NCBI GenBank assembly: GCA_003641665.1
Contig: QNBC01000002.1
Coordinates: 1 to 36,077 of the forward strand
Length of the DNA stretch: 36,077 nucleotides
From: a candidate division TA06 bacterium
Lineage (GTDB): Bacteria > Hydrothermota > 32-111 > QNBC01
Reading direction: 5' to 3'
Under the pieces are notes generated by a model. The model did no database searches, was not told the DNA's origin, and was given only the letters and a program-made list of their open reading frames with translations. Position numbers and translations under genes: made by a program. Below are positions 16,551 to 24,791 of the stretch, piece after piece (the stretch's first letter is position 1; every line of letters starts with the position of its first letter).

Positions 16551-19500
16551 ATGATGGCTAAGGTTAACGTAACGATAAACGGAACAAAATACACTGCTGA
16601 CAACAATCAAACTGTCCTAGATGTTTGCAAAGAACATGGTATAGATATTCCCACATTGTGTTATCACGAACAACTCGAACCTTATGGCTCATGCTTCCTC
16701 TGTACCGTTGAAATCAAAGGAGCAAGAAAAAAATATTCCCTCTCTTGCGGAACAAAAGTAAGTGACGGAATGGAAATTCAAACCGATACAAATGAAATAT
16801 GGAAACAGAGAAAAATGGCACTTGAGCTTCTCCTATCCAACCACTATGCCGATTGTATAGGTCCCTGTAAGGATACGTGCCCATCCAATGTCGATGTTCA
16901 GGGTTATATTGCTGCCATTGCAGAAGGGAATTATAAAGAAGCGGTTAAAATTATTAAGAGAGACAATCCGTTTCCTTCCGTTTGCGGCAGAGTTTGTACA
17001 CGTCCCTGTGAAGATGCATGCAGAAGAAATCTTGTTGATTCCAGAGTAGGTATAGATTTCCTGAAGAGATATGCGGCTGATAAAGATTTGGCCAGTGAGA
17101 ATAGTTATACTCCACCTAAAAAGCCCGATACGGGAAAGCGTATTGCAATAGTTGGCGCCGGTCCGGCAGGCCTTTCATGTGCGTTTTATCTCGCAAAAAA
17201 CGGGCATAGTGTTGATATATTCGAACAATACGATAAACCCGGCGGAATGGTACGCTACGGAATCCCCGAATACAGGCAGCCAAACAGTGTTCTCGATATT
17301 GAAATTAAATCCATCACAGACTTGGGACCTAAGATTTTTACTAACCAAAAACTTGGCAGAGATTTTACATTGAATGATTTGAAAAACAAGGGTTATGATG
17401 CCATTTTTCTTGCCATAGGCGCCCATAAAAGTATGGCAATGGGTATAGAAGGAGAAGATGCGAAAGGAGCTTTTGGCGGTATTGATTTTCTCCATGATGT
17501 CGCAAGCGGCAAAAAACCTGAAATCGGGAATGATGTAATTGTCATAGGTGGGGGAAATACGGCAATCGACACGGCACGTGTTAGCTTAAGGCTCGGTGCG
17601 AAAAATGTAACAATGATATACAGAAGAACCATAAATGAAATGCCTGCACATAAAACCGAAATTCAAGATGCATTGGATGAAGGAGTAAAAATTGAGTTCC
17701 TTACCAACCCCGTAAGAATCATTAAAGACGACAACGGTAGTGTTTCGGAAATCGAATGTATCAGAATGAAACTCGGAGAACCGGACAGTTCCGGAAGGAG
17801 AAGACCTTTGCCTGTTGAAGGTTCAAATTTCAGAATAAAAGCTTCTTCCGTAATATTCTCAATCGGGCAACGTTCAGATTTAACGTTTATCAACAATGAA
17901 TCTGATGATATTGCTTCTAAAGTTAAATTTACTCGAAAAAACACGATAGAGACATCAAAAAATACATTTTCTACTGATTATCCCGGTATTTTTGCGGGAG
18001 GTGACTTCAGAAGAGGTCCGGATACCGTTATCGGAGCCATTGCTGACGGGAAAAAAGCAGCTTGGGTTATAGATAAGTACATTACCAACGGTGAAATCGT
18101 TCCTTATCCGGAAGATTTTTTCTCAAAGAAGGATGCTCTTGCGGAACAACTATCGGAAAATTATAAACATTTGCCCAAATTACCTAAAGTTGAGATGCCT
18201 AAACTACCTCCCGAAGTAAGAATAAAAGGATTTGACGAGGTGGAACTTGGTTTTGATGACGAGATGGCTCACAACGAGTCTCTTAGATGCCTTGAATGTG
18301 GCTGTAAAGCCGTTTTCGATTGCGAATTAAAGAAGATATCTACAGAGTATAATGTTGATCAAACATACTTTAAAGGAGAATTTAAAGATCTACCCGTTGA
18401 TGATTCCCATCCATATATAACTTTCGAGCCTAATAAGTGTATCTCTTGTTCGAGATGTATAAGAATGTGTAAAGAGGTTGTCGGATTATCTATTTTAGGA
18501 CTTGTAAATAGAGGATTCAAGACAATTGTCCGACCTGCAATGGACAAACCATTACTTGAAACCGAATGTATCTCATGCGGTTTATGTGCGGATGCATGTC
18601 CAACAGGTGCCATTGTTATAAAACCCAATACTCTGAAACCCGGTCCGTTTAAAGTTGAAACAAAGAAAACCGTTTGCCCATTCTGCAGTTTTGGTTGTGA
18701 ATTGGAAGTTGATGTAATGGGTAATAAAATCATCTCAATTAAAGGATTCCACGATTCTGATACAAATTTATACGGCAATATCTGTAAATTGGGTAGATTC
18801 GGCTTCAAGAAAATTTATGATACTCTCGGTGAAAACGTTTCATGGAAAGAAACCAGGGCATCTGTCATACAACTCGCAAACAAATTAAAAACCATGAAAT
18901 CTGAAAATACGGCATTTTTTGTTTCGGAAAGTTCTACACTTGAAGAGCTATATGTATGGAGTAAAATTTCCGAAGCCCTACCGGGAAGCTTTATATGCTC
19001 AGTTAAAAACACGAATATGAAAAGTAATCTCGAAAAATCTTTTGGCTCCAATCTTTCCCCTAATAACTACGCAACATTAAGAAGCGCCGATGTAATAATG
19101 GCGATTGGTATTCTCCCTTATGATGAAGCTGTTATGGTTGTACCGGAAATCATGAGGAGGAAAAAAGAGGGAGCTAAGTTTGTTTATATAGGGAAAGAGG
19201 ATCATCGGGTTAGCCGAATCGCGGATTTTTATATTCCACTGAATAATGACAACACAATATCCGATTTCGTCAACAGCCTATCTTCTTATATAGTAAAATC
19301 GGGAATAGAGAACAAGGCGTATATAAACGCAAAAACAGATAATTTTGCCGAATTTAAGGAGTATCTGGCTCATTTTGATGCTGATAACCCGTCTTATGAG
19401 GAAATTTCCCAATTGTTTGTCAATGCTGAAAACACCGTAACCATCACATCACACACATCTTATCAATCTGCTCTACTTTCTTCAATTGCAAATTTACTGC

Positions 19501-20063
19501 TTCTCACAGGCAAGATCGGTAGGAACAATGGTGGTTTAATTGTTTTCGGAGAATCCGCTAATTCCGAAGGGGCTAATATTCTCGGATTAAAAAAACCAAT
19601 TGATACTACAAATCTTGAGTTTTCAGTATTTTACAACGAAATACCACCGACAGAATTTGAAAATAACAATAATTTCTACTACATAGGTTACAACAAAACA
19701 GATTACCCTAATACTATAAGAATAAACCATCCCTTTGCAAATAGCGGTATTTTTGTCAATGCAGAGAGAAAAGCTCGTTATTTTCGTTCTGTTGTCTTTG
19801 ATCTTGAATATTCCAATATCGATCTTCTTATTGAACTCCACAATAATTTAACAGGTGCAAACTACACGGCGGATTCAATTAAAGAGGAGATGAAAAATGC
19901 CTATCCGTATCTATTTGACAAGAATTTCAACGATATAACTCCCGATAATATTTACAAATACTATTTCATGAATAAGAGCGGAAGGGGTAATTTTATCATA
20001 AACAAGGAAAAGTCAGACAAAATAATTACTTCAAATATTATAAAGACAAGTGATTTGCCTTAA
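16551..20063 (+). CDS. 1170-aa multidomain redox fusion: [2Fe-2S] ferredoxin, GltD-like NAD(P)H/FAD oxidoreductase, NuoG-type His/Cys [4Fe-4S], 2x[4Fe-4S], and a molybdopterin-oxidoreductase-type [4Fe-4S] followed by a truncated MopB-like domain.
   Basis: aa 1-80: 2Fe-2S cysteines C37/C48/C51/C65. aa ~95-515: CIGPCKDTCP, CGRVCTRPCEDAC, the dinucleotide fold IAIVGAGPAGLSCA, a second fold VIVIGGGNTAID, and FAGGD. aa 574-591: HNESLRCLECGCKAVFDCEL. aa 630-686: CISCSRCIRMC / CISCGLCADACP. aa 709-745: CPFCSFGCELEV...GNICKLG. aa 746-1170: poorly conserved. Confidence 0.85.
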   Translation: MMAKVNVTINGTKYTADNNQTVLDVCKEHGIDIPTLCYHEQLEPYGSCFLCTVEIKGARKKYSLSCGTKVSDGMEIQTDTNEIWKQRKMALELLLSNHYADCIGPCKDTCPSNVDVQGYIAAIAEGNYKEAVKIIKRDNPFPSVCGRVCTRPCEDACRRNLVDSRVGIDFLKRYAADKDLASENSYTPPKKPDTGKRIAIVGAGPAGLSCAFYLAKNGHSVDIFEQYDKPGGMVRYGIPEYRQPNSVLDIEIKSITDLGPKIFTNQKLGRDFTLNDLKNKGYDAIFLAIGAHKSMAMGIEGEDAKGAFGGIDFLHDVASGKKPEIGNDVIVIGGGNTAIDTARVSLRLGAKNVTMIYRRTINEMPAHKTEIQDALDEGVKIEFLTNPVRIIKDDNGSVSEIECIRMKLGEPDSSGRRRPLPVEGSNFRIKASSVIFSIGQRSDLTFINNESDDIASKVKFTRKNTIETSKNTFSTDYPGIFAGGDFRRGPDTVIGAIADGKKAAWVIDKYITNGEIVPYPEDFFSKKDALAEQLSENYKHLPKLPKVEMPKLPPEVRIKGFDEVELGFDDEMAHNESLRCLECGCKAVFDCELKKISTEYNVDQTYFKGEFKDLPVDDSHPYITFEPNKCISCSRCIRMCKEVVGLSILGLVNRGFKTIVRPAMDKPLLETECISCGLCADACPTGAIVIKPNTLKPGPFKVETKKTVCPFCSFGCELEVDVMGNKIISIKGFHDSDTNLYGNICKLGRFGFKKIYDTLGENVSWKETRASVIQLANKLKTMKSENTAFFVSESSTLEELYVWSKISEALPGSFICSVKNTNMKSNLEKSFGSNLSPNNYATLRSADVIMAIGILPYDEAVMVVPEIMRRKKEGAKFVYIGKEDHRVSRIADFYIPLNNDNTISDFVNSLSSYIVKSGIENKAYINAKTDNFAEFKEYLAHFDADNPSYEEISQLFVNAENTVTITSHTSYQSALLSSIANLLLLTGKIGRNNGGLIVFGESANSEGANILGLKKPIDTTNLEFSVFYNEIPPTEFENNNNFYYIGYNKTDYPNTIRINHPFANSGIFVNAERKARYFRSVVFDLEYSNIDLLIELHNNLTGANYTADSIKEEMKNAYPYLFDKNFNDITPDNIYKYYFMNKSGRGNFIINKEKSDKIITSNIIKTSDLP

Positions 20064-20067
20064 AATT

Positions 20068-20092
20068 AAAGGGGAGTTATAAACTCCCCTTT
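20068..20092. terminator. Bidirectional intrinsic terminator hairpin between the convergent operon and tetR.
   Basis: A perfect 10-bp stem, AAAGGGGAGT (20068-20077) with ACTCCCCTTT (20083-20092), encloses a 5-nt loop and is flanked by A/T runs on both sides. The tetR stop codon (20091-20093) lies in the right arm. Confidence 0.7.
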
Positions 20093-20675
20093 ATCCTGTG
20101 GATACTATATACTTTGCAAATTCCTCTATTGCTTTTTCTATATTCACAGTATCGCCTATATCTCTATTTAATTTTAATTCGATTAAACCGTTCATAAATG
20201 CCCATAATAGGTATAAATGATTTGTATAGTCACCCTTCTTTGAACCATTCATAACAAGTCTGTCAAACACTCTTCCAAATGGGAAAATCGGTGCATTTAT
20301 CAAACTCTCTCTCTGTTCCGGATCAATATTGATTTTACTTAGATTTATTTTTGTATACAGATAATAGTATTCGTGATTCTCAACAAAAAAGTCCACATAT
20401 GTATTTATCATTTCTCTCAACAGTTTTTCTTCGTCATCTTCCTCAATATGCCTCATTTCATTCACAAGTTCATTTAGTTTACTGTGTAAAATTTCAAAGA
20501 GAAGTTCTTCTTTATTGCTGAAATAGCTATAAATAACCGTGGCACTGTATTTTATTTTACCGGCAACCTTTCTCATCTTAATATTTTCTATGCCACCGGA
20601 TTCGAAAAGTTTAATAGCGGTGTTTAATATTTTGTTTTTTAAAAATTCACGGTGTTCTTTCTGTCGCTCATTCAT
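20091..20675 (-). CDS. TetR/AcrR-family transcriptional regulator.
   Basis: An N-terminal helix-turn-helix (IENIKMRKVAGKIKYSATVIYSYFSNKEELL) is followed by an all-helical C-terminal ligand domain. Length is 194 aa. Confidence 0.85.
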   Translation of the reverse strand: MNERQKEHREFLKNKILNTAIKLFESGGIENIKMRKVAGKIKYSATVIYSYFSNKEELLFEILHSKLNELVNEMRHIEEDDEEKLLREMINTYVDFFVENHEYYYLYTKINLSKINIDPEQRESLINAPIFPFGRVFDRLVMNGSKKGDYTNHLYLLWAFMNGLIELKLNRDIGDTVNIEKAIEEFAKYIVSTG

Positions 20676-20676
20676 A

Positions 20677-20691
20677 ATAATATGATATTAT
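20677..20691. promoter_or_regulatory. 15-bp perfect palindrome, a candidate TetR operator, overlapping the tetR -10 element.
   Basis: ATAATAT-G-ATATTAT lies at 20677-20691, 1 nt from the tetR ATG at 20675. The minus-strand TATAAT at 20692-20687 overlaps it. Confidence 0.35.
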
Positions 20692-20925
20692 AAATTCCAG
20701 AAGTTGTAAAGAGAAATCGATTTTTTATAGTAAATAGGTCCGCCTCCATTAAAGTTTCGACGGCAGTTATAGACATATTGATTGGTTTACAATTTTTAGA
20801 TTCCTTTCTGTTGGATAAGTAAACATTTCTACTGATTTTTCGACAGATACGCGGAACAATCTCTCACAATTGTTTATCTTTGGGGAATATTCATCTGCTC
20901 ACATTTTAACTATCTTTTAATGCTC

Positions 20926-21609
20926 TTATAAAATCCTCTCTTCGGCAAAACTGTAATACTTGTCTTTACCAATAATAATATGATCCAAAAGGGATATATC
21001 CATTGTATCACAAATATTTTTGATTTTTTCGGTAACGAGTATGTCTCCCCTGCTTGGAGTTACATCTCCGGACGGATGATTATGGACTATTATTATGGAA
21101 ACAGCATTATAAATAAATGCTTTTCTCATAATTTCTCGCGGATATACGGGACTTTCATTCACCGTTCCGACAAATAAATCATCGATCTTTATAATTTCAT
21201 TTTTTACATTTAAAAACACTGTTTTAAAAATCTCTCTATTCAAAAATCCCATACTACTATACAGATAATCGACTAGATCTTTAGCATTTTTTATGCGACT
21301 TTTTCTCATCAATTTTGTCTTATGAAAAGTTTCGATTATTCCTCTTGCTAATTTTATACCAAAAATGTTATGTCTCCCTATCCCCTTTATTTTAAGAAGT
21401 TCCTCATCATCAGCATATATTATATCATGGATACTTTTGAATTCTTTAATCAATTCCTTTGCAATACTTTTACAATCTTTTCTCGGTGTTCCAAGTGTTA
21501 AAAGTAACTCAACAATTTCATAATCATTCAAGGATTCTATTCCGGCTCTAACTAGTTTTTCTCTGAGACGCTTTCTATGTCCCGCCCCTTTAATTTCCTT
21601 TTTCCCCAT
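20926..21609 (-). CDS. radC: RadC-family (UPF0758) JAB/MPN-domain protein.
   Basis: It has an N-terminal helix-hairpin-helix region (LLKIKGIGRHN) and the C-terminal JAMM motif HNHPSGDVTPSRGD. Confidence 0.88.
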   Translation of the reverse strand: MGKKEIKGAGHRKRLREKLVRAGIESLNDYEIVELLLTLGTPRKDCKSIAKELIKEFKSIHDIIYADDEELLKIKGIGRHNIFGIKLARGIIETFHKTKLMRKSRIKNAKDLVDYLYSSMGFLNREIFKTVFLNVKNEIIKIDDLFVGTVNESPVYPREIMRKAFIYNAVSIIIVHNHPSGDVTPSRGDILVTEKIKNICDTMDISLLDHIIIGKDKYYSFAEERIL

Positions 21610-21681
21610 AGAATCATTATACGGATTTATTACAAAATTTCAAGTATTATTTGTCGTTATCATTACGCACGCTTATTTATG

Positions 21682-21710
21682 TTGACAAACAACCATTCCT
21701 AAAATATAAT
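21682..21710 (+). promoter_or_regulatory. Consensus sigma70 promoter whose predicted transcription start coincides with the ABC ATPase start codon.
   Basis: TTGACA (21682-21687), a 17-nt spacer, TATAAT (21705-21710), then 6 nt (ACTCCT) and the ATG at 21717. There is no Shine-Dalgarno sequence. Confidence 0.55.
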
Positions 21711-21716
21711 ACTCCT

Positions 21717-22436
21717 ATGATATTGCTTAAAGATGTAATGAAAATTTTCAAGCAGAAAAATAAAATCATCTACGCATGTAATGACATCAACTTAGAAATA
21801 AAATCAAATCAAATATTCGGATTTATCGGACCGAACGGAGCAGGCAAAACCACAGCATTGAGACTTATTTCAACATTAATGGCTCCTACAAAAGGACGTA
21901 TTGAGGTAAACGGGTTAGATACGGTAAAAGAAAAAGATGCAATTCGAGCACAAATCGGTTTTTTATCATCCGATATGACATTGCCACCGAACTATACACC
22001 ACGGGAACTCTTTTTGTTCTTTGGCAAATTAAACAACTTGAAAAACGAAGTATTATCAAAACGCATTTCGGAAATTACAGAACAGTTGAATCTATCTCAA
22101 TATGTCGATGTTCTTACACAAAAATTATCAACCGGAAATAAGCAAAAAACATTAATAGCAATATCAATTATACATAACCCGAAAATCGTCATCTTTGACG
22201 AGCCTACAAACGCTCTCGATCTATCTGCAGCTCAATCCGTTCTTAAAATAATCAAACAGATGCGAGATAATGGAAAAACAATTATTCTGTCAACACATAA
22301 TTTATCGGTTGCTGAAAAAATATGTGATAATGTAGCTTTTATAAACAAAGGAAAAATTGTTGAAATGAGTGATGTGCAGAACCTTAAAAAGAAATACGAT
22401 AAGAGCCTTGAAGATATCTATTTGGATATAATATGA
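21717..22436 (+). CDS. ABC transporter ATP-binding protein (NatA-like, ABC-2 type).
   Basis: It has Walker A (GPNGAGKTT), the signature LSTGNKQK and Walker B (IVIFDEP). The start is taken at MILLKDVMKIF. The ORF-track TTG at 21651 would lie upstream of the promoter. Confidence 0.85.
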   Translation: MILLKDVMKIFKQKNKIIYACNDINLEIKSNQIFGFIGPNGAGKTTALRLISTLMAPTKGRIEVNGLDTVKEKDAIRAQIGFLSSDMTLPPNYTPRELFLFFGKLNNLKNEVLSKRISEITEQLNLSQYVDVLTQKLSTGNKQKTLIAISIIHNPKIVIFDEPTNALDLSAAQSVLKIIKQMRDNGKTIILSTHNLSVAEKICDNVAFINKGKIVEMSDVQNLKKKYDKSLEDIYLDII

Positions 22437-23551
22437 GAGATAGTATTTTATTGTTCAAAAAGGAAATGATTGCTATATTCAGGGACAAACGTCTGATTTT
22501 AACCGTTACCCTCGTACCATTCATATTTATCCCCGCCATATTTTATTTCAACGGCATCGGTAGAAATACAAAACCCGAAAAAAAATTCGTAATTGCTTAT
22601 AATGAAAAGTGCCCTTATGTTTCATTCCTTGAAAAATATAACTTCCAAACTGTCAAAATTTTAGACAAAAGCGATGCATTAAAATTCGATGCATGGGATG
22701 TTTTTGTTTACAATTCGAAAGAGGATACATTATTAAAACTATATGTTAATGCGGCAAAAAGCAATTCCGGAGGTATTATAAAAACAATGGAGCGTTATTA
22801 TCTTTCATTCAGGGATGTTTACATAAAGGATAAACTGAAATCGATGCAAATTGATATTAACAAGGTTATTCCGCCCACGATCAAAATTATTCGAATAAAT
22901 GAAAGTAAGAATTCAATCGTTTCGTTCCTTCTACCGTTTTTTATCTTAATTTACCTATTCAGTAATGCAATAGGTGTGGGACTCGATAGTATTGCCGGGG
23001 AAAAAGAACGAAATACTCTACAAATCCTACTCGTCAACAGAATTTCAAGAGAAAGTATACTTTTCGGAAAACTCTTCTCCACAATGACCGTTTCCTTAAC
23101 AGGTGCTATTTTTTCTATACTCGGTATTTTAGTTTTATACATTTTCAAGATTATCCCTAATGCAGGTAGTACTTTGCTAAACTTTACCCCTGTCAATTTT
23201 TCCCTATTTTCAATTATTATTCTATCTCTGGATATGCTCGTTGTTTCCATATTAATATTAATTTCATCGTATAGCAGAACAGTGAAAGAAGGGCAGGGAT
23301 ATATTCTCCCCGTTTACTTTATAATATTAATCTTGGGTATGGCAGTAATGAATCCTGATTCCTCAATCGCCGTCAATTTTGCAAATTGGCCATTTATAAA
23401 CTCTCTTTTATCCATGCAAAATATACTGAACGGTAACATACATACAAGTTACATTGTATGGACAATCGTTTCGAACATATTGTTCACAATAATCATATTA
23501 AAAATCGCTACAATTTTATTTAACAGAGAATCTATAATTTTTAGAAAATGA
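22433..23551 (+). CDS. ABC-2 family permease (NatB-like).
   Basis: One N-terminal transmembrane segment is followed by an external loop of about 120 aa and five clustered transmembrane segments. The ATGA start/stop overlap with the ATPase gene indicates coupling. Confidence 0.75.
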   Translation: MRDSILLFKKEMIAIFRDKRLILTVTLVPFIFIPAIFYFNGIGRNTKPEKKFVIAYNEKCPYVSFLEKYNFQTVKILDKSDALKFDAWDVFVYNSKEDTLLKLYVNAAKSNSGGIIKTMERYYLSFRDVYIKDKLKSMQIDINKVIPPTIKIIRINESKNSIVSFLLPFFILIYLFSNAIGVGLDSIAGEKERNTLQILLVNRISRESILFGKLFSTMTVSLTGAIFSILGILVLYIFKIIPNAGSTLLNFTPVNFSLFSIIILSLDMLVVSILILISSYSRTVKEGQGYILPVYFIILILGMAVMNPDSSIAVNFANWPFINSLLSMQNILNGNIHTSYIVWTIVSNILFTIIILKIATILFNRESIIFRK

Positions 23552-23557
23552 GGTAAT

Positions 23558-24778
23558 ATGCAATACAAAAACAAAAGAGTTTTTATCACCGGTATTGGTG
23601 GGTTTGTAGGCTCCTATCTTGCACGAGAACTAATAAAGCATGGGGCAACTGTTTCCGGACTTATTAATGTGGAATTTGACGGTAAAGAACCCAAAAACCT
23701 TAAAGAAAAGCACATTCTTAAGAATGTCAAATTGATCGAGGGAGACCTTCTCGACAGACAAAGTATCATTAAAGCTCTTAAAACTACAAAACCGGATTAT
23801 ATTTTCCACCTTGCCGCTCAATCTTCGGTTTTTAAATCATTTATAAATCCGGTTGAAACTTTTGAAATAAACGTTAAAGGAACGGGTAACCTTCTCGAAT
23901 CTATTCGCTCCACGAATAAAAAACCTCGTGTTCTTTTTACCGGGACAAGTGAAGAATACGGTTTTGTAGCAATTAATCACGAACAAGTATCACGTTATCT
24001 CAAATTGCACAAAACAATATTCCCCTTCCCCGAGCGGTATCCCGAGATACCCGTTAACGAATCCAATCCTTTCAGACCAATGTCGCCTTACGCTGTAAGC
24101 AAAATTGCATGCGATCTTATGATGCGCGATTACTATAATTCCTTCGGCATTCCTACTATTGTAGCAAGGGCATTTAATCACGAAGGGAAAGGAAGAGGTC
24201 CCAATTTTGTAACATCCGTGATAACAAGTCAGGTTGCAAAGCTATTTTTAGGCAAAATCAATTCCATAAAAATAGGTAATGTGAATGCACTCCGCGACTG
24301 GAGTCATGTCCTTGATGTGGTAAAAGGCTATATGCTTTTACTCGATAAGGGAACTCCCGGTGATGTCTATAATATCGGCTCCGGCAGAGCGAATTCCGTA
24401 CTTACATATATACTGATTGCCCTTGAAACTGCGGGTTATAAAGTCATTTCTCTTCACTCAATAGAAAACGACAAAACAATAGACCATCCTCTTGAAAAAG
24501 ATAACGGAAATATGTTCGGATTCCGCTTTTACCGGACTAAGACAGACAGGTTAATTATGGATGGGGAATTGGAATTTAGCATAGAGGATAAAGGCATTAT
24601 CATAGAAACCGACAAGGGTAATGTTAAAATCACCTTTGATAGAGAGCGTTTTCGCCCAAGTGATATTCCCATCATTATTTGTGACAATAGCAAGATTAAA
24701 AAACTTGGCTTTAAAGTTAAACATTCGTTGCGCGATATTATTAAAGAACAGGTTAAATTCTACATCAATAACGAATAG
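23558..24778 (+). CDS. Extended-SDR NAD-dependent sugar-nucleotide dehydratase/epimerase (GDP-mannose 4,6-dehydratase-like) with two insertions.
   Basis: It has the TGIGGFVGS dinucleotide fold, TSEEYG and the catalytic PYAVSK (YxxxK). At 406 aa it is longer than the usual ~320-370 aa. Confidence 0.75.
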   Translation: MQYKNKRVFITGIGGFVGSYLARELIKHGATVSGLINVEFDGKEPKNLKEKHILKNVKLIEGDLLDRQSIIKALKTTKPDYIFHLAAQSSVFKSFINPVETFEINVKGTGNLLESIRSTNKKPRVLFTGTSEEYGFVAINHEQVSRYLKLHKTIFPFPERYPEIPVNESNPFRPMSPYAVSKIACDLMMRDYYNSFGIPTIVARAFNHEGKGRGPNFVTSVITSQVAKLFLGKINSIKIGNVNALRDWSHVLDVVKGYMLLLDKGTPGDVYNIGSGRANSVLTYILIALETAGYKVISLHSIENDKTIDHPLEKDNGNMFGFRFYRTKTDRLIMDGELEFSIEDKGIIIETDKGNVKITFDRERFRPSDIPIIICDNSKIKKLGFKVKHSLRDIIKEQVKFYINNE

Positions 24779-24791
24779 TCTTACACTTTCA

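Noticed and set aside
18675-20063. A possible selenocysteine (in-frame TGA) or catalytic Cys in the formate-dehydrogenase-like C-terminal domain.
   Set aside because: The ORF is uninterrupted, so there is no in-frame TGA. I could not find a Cys/Sec-His catalytic motif at the expected distance from the CxxCxxxC cluster. The domain is treated as non-catalytic pending an HMM check.
20672-20776. A 34-codon minus-strand upstream ORF whose TGA overlaps the tetR ATG (ATGA), which would suggest translational coupling.
   Set aside because: It has no Shine-Dalgarno sequence, the predicted tetR promoter lies inside it, and the peptide has no features. It probably arose by chance.
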